Source: Carpediemonas membranifera BICM (taxonomy: Eukaryota > Protista > Fornicata). From it: a DNA stretch of 64,000 bases. The stretch spans positions 264,735 through 328,734 of the forward strand of contig JAHDYR010000038.1 in NCBI GenBank assembly GCA_019828565.1. The letters run 5' to 3'. Position 1 is the stretch's first letter. Each line of letters starts with the position of its first letter. The notes below the pieces were generated by a model that saw only the letters and a list, made by a program, of their open reading frames with translations, did not search any database and had not been told where the DNA came from. The translations under genes and the position numbers were made by a program. Shown here piece by piece: positions 57,209-64,000 of the stretch.

Positions 57209-58537
57209 ATGGCATGCATCATCGTCAAATGCATGCATTGCCCGAGGGGCAACGGGTGGGTCGCACTGATACCGTGGCCGAGGCCCTCGTCGGCGTGCTG
57301 TCGTGCGTCACGCGCATGAGTGCTGCAGTGACCAAGCTGGTCACACTCACTCGTGCCGTGAACCTCGAGCTCAGTCAGGCCCTGCCAGAGCCGAAGCTCG
57401 TCCCGTTCGTGCCGATGGCACCGGTCAGGCCTGGGTTCATGACCATCGAGTACGGTTATATGTCGCTCACCCCAGCGATGAAGAGGCGCCTCCGTGTCTA
57501 TCGGGATTGGTCAGCGAAGAGCAACTTGACCGACGAGCAGGTTGATAGATACGAGCGTGATCACGGCGACATCACCAAGCTCCGCAGAGTGCTCTCTGTG
57601 AGGACTGACGGGGTCTCTGCTGCTGTGACGGTTTGGGTGGGTCGCGAGAAATACCGTGGCGGTCGGATGGCTGACCGGCCCACGTACAAAAAGGGTAGCA
57701 GCAAGCGGGCTCGGCTCGGTCAGGATGACCCCGAGGCTACTCCTGCCCCGGACATTCAAGCTCTCATGGGCTTCGACCCTGGTGCTCGGTCGCTGGGCGG
57801 CTACACGATCCGCCGCCCAGACGGGCAGAGTGTATCTGGCGTACTCGCTAAGTGTGGCTACACTGCCACCCCCTCTTTCCGCGTGAATATGAGCGCAGCA
57901 TCGTTCAAAACGACAAGTCTAGAGGCTCTCAAACAGTCGATTAAGTTTTTGTTTTGTCCATGAGAACATCGTTCAGATCATCAACGAGGGGACGAGAAAG
58001 TGTTTCCGCCGGGCGACTTTTGCCAATCACTGTCTGCGCCTGAAGCACTTCGCCCGGGCTGGACGTCAACTCCTGGATGATCTCGGCGGGCGCCCCCCGG
58101 AGCCCATTCATCTCGAAGTCGCGTATGGGGCTGCACTGTTTGATTCCGCCGGCACTCCCTCCTGTGCTCCGTACCGCCACTTTGCTCGAGCTCTCCCTGG
58201 CATCATGCTCCGGCACAACGTCGTCGTGAGTGTCACGATGGTTTCGGAATTCCGCACTTCCATCGTGTGCCCATACTGCAAAGCACACTTCAGACGCGTG
58301 GTGCACACACACCGCACCATGCTCTGCCAGAATCCCGCGTGCGAGGGAGCTCCATGGCGCGTTGAACGGCTTCGTCGGCATCCCGAGCAGAGAGACATAC
58401 TTCTCAATCTCTCTCACCGAGATAAGAGCACCAGCGAGAACATCCTTTGGTGCACCTTCGATGCAACTTCAGATCAGATAGAGCAATCTCCTTTCCACTA
58501 CGACTCCCAGAGAGGTGCTCTTCCTCGTTATCATTAA
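57209..58537 (+). mobile_element. Fanzor1 (TnpB-derived RNA-guided nuclease) ORF, frameshifted and apparently internally shortened; no transposase in the window
   Basis: Frame 1: PFVPMAPVRPGFMTIE, SVRTDGVSAAV, MGFDPGARSL (RuvC-I D at 57775), SFKTTSLE. After +1 at 57946-57955: VAYGAALF...SCAP, VSEFRTSIVCPYC (E at 58247), LCQNPAC, HRDKSTSENIL (D at 58421). Confidence 0.85.
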
Positions 58538-58647
58538 CTTGCTAAGTTGAGCAAGCACGCGCTGCAGCGCGCGTGATATGCTGCGCATGATTGATAGAGT
58601 ATGATGAACCACACTGCGATCCTGATGCTGCTCGGATCACTCTGTGT
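58538..58647 (+). ncRNA. Candidate Fanzor omegaRNA scaffold region (boundaries unknown)
   Basis: Consecutive hairpins directly after the stop: CTTGCT/AGCAAG (58538-58555), CACGCGC/GCGCGTG (58556-58575), ACAC..GATCC/GGATC..GTGT (58611-58647). The position matches where Fanzor omegaRNAs lie. Confidence 0.3.
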
Positions 58648-58697
58648 TTTGGATTCAACAATTCTAATCCTGCGCAGCACAAGAAGGCCGAACCGAT

Positions 58698-59492
58698 ATG
58701 GGCTTCTTTGGCGGTGAGCTGGGCTTTTCAAGTGCTCCAGTTTCCAAATCCATTTTTTATGTCACACTCTGCTGGTCAGGCTTAGCTTGTGCCTTCTTTT
58801 TCGCAAGTAACGTGACCCTGGACCCCGATTGCATTGTTGAGCACTTCGAGGTGTGGCGCGTCATCACATCTCCATTTACTCTCACATATCCAGCTCTATT
58901 CTTTGTCTGGCTCTACATGTGGTTCCGTTTCCGTGCCCTGGAGCGTCTTTTCGGCACGAGTCGCTTCCTAGCCCTCGTCCTGCTCCTCTTCACAGTCTCG
59001 CAGCTCATCCTCACGCCAGTACTCATCGGATTGTACCTCCTCGGTGCCATCCCGTGGTCCGAGAACCTCGGCTACTCGACCAGCAGATACTATGTCACCT
59101 GTGCCCCCATACCTCCGTTAATCACCCTCATGGTCATATACATGAGATATATACCACCATATGCCCGCCACCCGTTCTATCCGTTCATCACAGACCGTTT
59201 ATTCATCGCTATGCTTGGGCTACAACTGCTCGCCTCCACCGACCTGCTGAACTCAGCATGTGTCTTCCTGGGCATCGGGCTGGGAATAGTATACCTCCTA
59301 CCCATCCCAGGTCTCCACTCTCTCAAGTTCCCGGGTCCCGTCGACTCTTTCGCGCGTCGTTTTATCAAGCCACACTTTATCAAGGCAGATTATCTTGATT
59401 ACCAGCGGTATAGGCGTGATAGACTCAACCGGAGGCCACTTCTGGCTGACTGGCATCGAACGGAACGTGCTCCCTCCGTTGACCTTCACTAG
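58698..59492 (+). CDS. UBAC2/Dsc2-like rhomboid pseudoprotease (no UBA domain evident)
   Basis: GFSSAPVSK, FEVWRVITS, FRALERLFGTSRF motifs; several TM helices. Confidence 0.8.
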   Translation: MGFFGGELGFSSAPVSKSIFYVTLCWSGLACAFFFASNVTLDPDCIVEHFEVWRVITSPFTLTYPALFFVWLYMWFRFRALERLFGTSRFLALVLLLFTVSQLILTPVLIGLYLLGAIPWSENLGYSTSRYYVTCAPIPPLITLMVIYMRYIPPYARHPFYPFITDRLFIAMLGLQLLASTDLLNSACVFLGIGLGIVYLLPIPGLHSLKFPGPVDSFARRFIKPHFIKADYLDYQRYRRDRLNRRPLLADWHRTERAPSVDLH

Positions 59493-59930
59493 GGTAGCGA
59501 GAGTGGCTTCGCTTCACATCTTTCTTATTTCGCCACGCGCTCTGTCGTCTTCCTCGCTATGCATGGACAATGTGTGGCGAAAGCCACTTCCAGCCGGGAT
59601 CCGTGGGAGTCTTTCTCCTAACAGTTGTGCGTGACTGATCCAAAACAGTCTAAATAATGTTAAGGAAGACTATCAAACAAGTTCCACGCTAAAAACCAGG
59701 ATCTCAAATGTTTTATGCTGAAAGCTGCTTACATGCCACGCACGGGGAAGAAAACGCGTCCCGAACTGTGATTACGCTCCTCATCTTGACCAAGACCGCA
59801 TACCCCGGCCTGCTCTTGATTGTTCGTAAGGTTAACAGCGTCGAGGGTGTCGTTCGTACCGTTGAGATTTCCCATAAGGCTTGTTGGCTGAATTAGCCGC
59901 GCAGATTAATAATAATAATAATGTGCTATT

Positions 59931-60128
59931 GAAGGGTCAAACAATGTGTTTACACTGCGCAACACTGCCCTGTCTCCCTCCTACTCACGTCTTAAGTCGG
60001 TAGGGATCATCAATTGGCTAACCGCCAACATTCGTCTATGGACGGATGATGTTGTACAGTTTGGCACTTTGATCGTTCCTTTCAGGCCCTGTCTGGAGGT
60101 TCGAACAATGTGTTTATACTGCGCAACA
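59931..60128 (+). repeat. 34 bp imperfect direct repeat (59931-59964 and 60095-60128)
   Basis: Core AACAATGTGTTTA(C/T)ACTGCGCAACA, 24/25 identical, 164 bp apart. Confidence 0.85.
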
Positions 60129-60617
60129 AATAAGAAGACGTCTCTCATCCGGGACAACTACACCATCTTCAACGTCTACCGGGGCCAGGTGGGGGCTGCT
60201 TCGGCGGCCATCTAACCAGGCAACAAGTCACCTCATGCCACGCGGTTCATGTCGGACCCAGCCCGATAATCCACATGTCACGCGAAGAATGCTTCAATGT
60301 GTCATTTATGTGGGACACCTCCTCCGAGGCTGGCCGTCTGGACTACCAGTGGGCTCACTATCGGCCATGGTGAACCAGCCTGACACTCTTCCCACGCCTT
60401 GTCCAATGGCTATGACTGTGGCAACTAGCATGGGCTCCATCCAAAAACATGCCAGAATGGGCAGACACTACTCTTAAGAGCATTCCCGCCCGACTTCTCC
60501 CGATTCCCTCGACCACCCACCGCTGGTCTCGGACTGTCTTCAAGACCGCCCAATTTTCAATATTTACTCAAAAGTAAGTGATGTTCTACGCATTCTATCT
60601 CCGATTCCGACCCGGCC

Positions 60618-63600
60618 GTGGTGGCTAGAACACCTAAAAGGGCTGTACAAACAGTATCCTTAGACTGCACTGCACCATTCAGTGCTGCCCCGAGCAGCTC
60701 CTCCAATTTCGCCTCAATGCAACCACCACATCCTCCACCAATATCATCTAGTGTCTCTTTTGATCTAAAGAGTGGCAGTTTCGGAGACGAGGAGGATAAC
60801 ACCGTCGCAACTGTTAGTGCAGCGACCACCGTCCGAAGTCTCCGCGTATCGCCAACAAGGAGCTCCAAACTTGCAGTCCTTGACTCTACTGCTGCCCTTC
60901 GTCAGAAGATCACCAGCCAAGTGGAAGGGCTCAACAGTGGCCTGCAGTCGCTCGTCGATATCCTCAACAAGCACCGCCAGCGGGATCCAGACGTCTCCCA
61001 CATACTGCTGCGCATACACGACCACGCCATGTGTGTTGAATACGCCAAGAAATGGGGCTCCCCCGCCTGGTGGCGGCTAGTACTCGGGCTCTATAGCATC
61101 TCGCTCCTCCAGCTCTTCGTCGCATGCTTTACCGACCAATACAGCGTCAACCTGCCCTACTGGCTCCTCTCTCTCAGTCATATGCTCGTCGTGGCTTCAT
61201 GCCATGCTTGCCTTCTCTTTCCCGCCGTTCGAACGCACCTCGGTTCGTTCATTCTGATTCTCTCGTGTATGGCGTACTGGATTGACACCATCTTTTCTAT
61301 CATATTCGCCGGGCTGGGTCTAGTGCCCTTGATCAGCGTCCCCTTCCACATTATCGGTCCGTTCATTTCCAATCCCAGATTTATTTAGATCTCATGTTTT
61401 ATTGCCTGGCAGTCACCGTACCATTCTTTGAGCAGCTCGCGGGCAATGTGATCATCACTCTGACGATGATCTCCAGCTGGGCAATCAGCCTAGGCTTCAG
61501 CTTTGTCGACAAAACATCCCTCATGAACGCCATCCCAGCCATGCTCGTCGTCGCCGTATTCCAATGCTCAACCCTCGCTGTCACATACAGTGTGGAGCGG
61601 CGCAAGAAGCTGGCCTTCATCAACGGGACGCTGGCCCAGGAGCTGGGCGGGATCACCGACAGCGTCCTCCGCTCCCTCGTGCCCTTCCATGGCACGACAA
61701 AGATCATGGACGGCAGTGCAAGTGAGCACCACGCAGTGGCAACAGTGGGCGTCATCAATTTGGACGTTTTGATGCATAACAACCACCCGACGATGATGGT
61801 CCGGTATCTAGAGGCCGCCATGGTCGCCCTCGACCAGCTGGCCCTCGACATGGGTGTGGAAAAGATCAACACCTTTGGCACGACGTACATGGTTGCCACC
61901 GTAGGTGACCGGGCACCTCAGCGTGTGTCCTCCTTCATCATTGCGGCCGGGACCATAATTGGGTCGGCAACGAGGGTCGGGTCGACCACCTGGCGTGGTG
62001 CGGTGGCTTCTGGTGCCATGCAGCTAGGTGTCGTAGGCCAGACAGCCGCCCACGTCGAGGTCCTCGGGCCCGCGGTCAGTCTGACGATGCTTCTTCTCAA
62101 ACAAGCCATCCCGGGCACAGTGGCTTCCACCAGCGACTTCGAATGCGAATTGTGTAACGCAGCAGACATGGGAGAGCTCGAGGCGAAGAACCCCGCTTTC
62201 AAGGGCACCAAATGGGTCAGGCGCACCCCGATCCCGGCGGCCACACGATTACTCATCAGACGGCTGATGGAAGCGAACCCTAAGCTCGAGGACGCTGTTG
62301 GGGAGATCAAGCTGAGCTCACCCGTGACAACCCCCTCGTATCTCACTGATATGCTGCACATCTCGACAGACGGGTCGGTTGCTGACGGGGCCGAGTCAGG
62401 CAACTCCACCGACCAGGCCAGGGCGTCGGGCAGCGTCTGGGCAGGGGGTCAGGAGAACTCGTTCCAACAGTTCCTCAACGGCACCTCGCCCATAGACATT
62501 CCCAAGCCGGACATGACGTTCTCCTTCCTCAAGAGCAGGGATTGTGACAGCGACGGGTCCAGGGCCCATGCGAGGACGTGGAGCAGCAGCACAGCGGCGC
62601 TTGAGCGGCTGGGCACGGTTGATTCGTCAGGGAATGATGTGAATTCCTCCTCCCCGATGGCGATCACAGTGCTGCCGGAAAAGACTGAAAACACCGACTC
62701 CCTCTCAGATACGACTCCTACTGAGTCTGAGTCTCCCGGCACGTTGACCGACCATGAACCATATTCCACCGCCCAGTCGCCCGACTCTCCCGATTCCCCA
62801 GACCTGGACGTGTCCGACTCATTTGACCCCTCTTTCGCGGTTTTCCAGGGTCTTCTCGACATCACCAGCGACCAAGACTCACTCGACGACGAGGACAACG
62901 ACAGCTTCCCTGCCCCCTCTGTTCCCGGTCGAGATGACAGCATGGAGGACGCCGAGGGGCTGGATGAACTGAGGCTCAACCAGGTGCGGTTCAATTTACA
63001 ATCGTCGACCCACCTGGAGATGACCGAGATCACCGAGATGAGCAGTGGCAGCTACACTGTTCAGTCCATATCAAGGCCGACTAGCAGGCAGGTGACTCCA
63101 AGGCGAGTCAAAGGATCGTCGAACACCTCGTCGAAACAATCCGTGGTGCCGCCGTCTGACCCGAAAGCACAGAAGCTCGCCTCCCTCACCGCCTCTGTCT
63201 CCAGCTCGCTGTCCGCCGGCCTCAGCACCCAGTACTCCAGCGACACCCCCGTCTTCCCTCAAGCCAAGCCCCTGCCACCCGTCCTCCACGTTGGCGTGTA
63301 CAACTCTGGCGGGCCAGTCCTGCCGCCGCTACCGCTCGGACGAAGGGGTAGGAGCCAGGCCAGTAGCCCCGGCTTCGAGTCGAGAAGCATGGAGCATTCG
63401 TTCAGTCGGACGTCTGTGGAGGACGAGGATACTGTCCTGTGTGGCGCCAGGAACGTGGTGACCAATGTAGCACACGTGGCACACTCGCCCCGGCGCAGGT
63501 CTACTGTCAAGGAGAGCTCGTTCACCAGCCCTTTCGCCAGTCCCCGCGACGACACGGCCCCCCGCTCCTGCCAGTCCCAGACCTCTGTCGGTGGTACAGG

Positions 63601-64000
63601 CGGGCTGAAGAGCGGGACCAACAGCAGCAGTACTATGGGAAGCCTCGGCCATGAAAGCAGGGCGCGGCACGTCATTGCAGATGTTCGGGAGCTCATGTCT
63701 CTCACCGACTCTACAAGGCGCGCCAAGGCTGAGGCTGAGGCCAGGCAATCGCCCAGAGCGCTGCTCACCGTGCGGGCGGGCAAGGCTCTGGCCTGGGCAT
63801 TTGACGGTGTCCCCCTGGCGCTGTCAGACAAGGAGTTCCTCAACTACTGGCACCGAGACTCCCTCGTCAGTCATACGGGCGCAGTCGTCTTCAGCCTCAT
63901 CCTCCTGCTGGCGCACACCATCGTCGGGTTATCCGTGCCGCTGTACTCGTTCGACGTGCTGTCCAAGGCGGAGTCCGGGGCAGCCTACTGGCCCTACGTC
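60618..64000 (+). CDS. Membrane class III adenylate/guanylate cyclase-like protein (TM bundle, degenerate C1, long Ser-rich linker, second TM bundle); 32 nt intron at 61357-61388; 3' partial, 5' uncertain
   Basis: Intron GTCCGT...TATTTAG joins ORF 60618..61388 to a frame open to the window end: VLRSLVP, GVEKINTFGTTYMVA, WRGAVASG..LGVVG....EVLGPAV. Confidence 0.8.
61357..61388 (+). other. Spliceosomal intron, 32 nt (cyclase)
   Basis: GTCCGT...TTTATTTAG; an alternative in-frame acceptor exists at 61412. Confidence 0.7.

Noticed and set aside
1-64000. CRISPR arrays, rRNA or tRNA genes
   Set aside because: No regularly spaced repeat-spacer pattern or recognisable rRNA/tRNA seen by eye; a tRNAscan/Infernal run would be needed to exclude small RNAs.

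Overview
Gene-dense eukaryotic DNA (roughly 55-60% GC by eye). It uses the standard genetic code, has rare 31-34 nt spliceosomal introns, short intergenic regions, and TAAA motifs at or just after stop codons. This style suggests a free-living fornicate/metamonad such as Carpediemonas (inference, not verified). About 22 genes are supported: a GPI-type surface protein (partial), a ~5,100 aa propeller/Cys-rich type I membrane protein, PITP, a TmcB-like protein, an RCC1-like protein, a bacterial-type YqeC selenium-cofactor protein, a coiled-coil/EF-hand gene present twice in a 2.85 kb head-to-head inverted duplication, an H15-like winged helix protein, TOG/CLASP, La, SBDS, WD40, TMC channel, a propeller-TMEM151-like fusion, CHMP5/Vps60, a WD40-ankyrin-kinase, a UBAC2/Dsc2-like pseudo-rhomboid and a degenerate membrane nucleotide cyclase (partial). 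The top signal is a cryptic Fanzor1 (eukaryotic TnpB/OMEGA RNA-guided nuclease) at ~57.2-58.5 kb. The ORF track splits it across two frames, but all three RuvC acidic residues and the zinc finger are present, the REC region looks greatly shortened, and hairpins follow where an omegaRNA would lie. Second is a eukaryotic YqeC, which hints at a labile-selenium molybdenum hydroxylase pathway. Several genes carry single-base frameshifts in homopolymer runs that may be assembly errors. All family calls come from motif recognition by eye; no searches were run.
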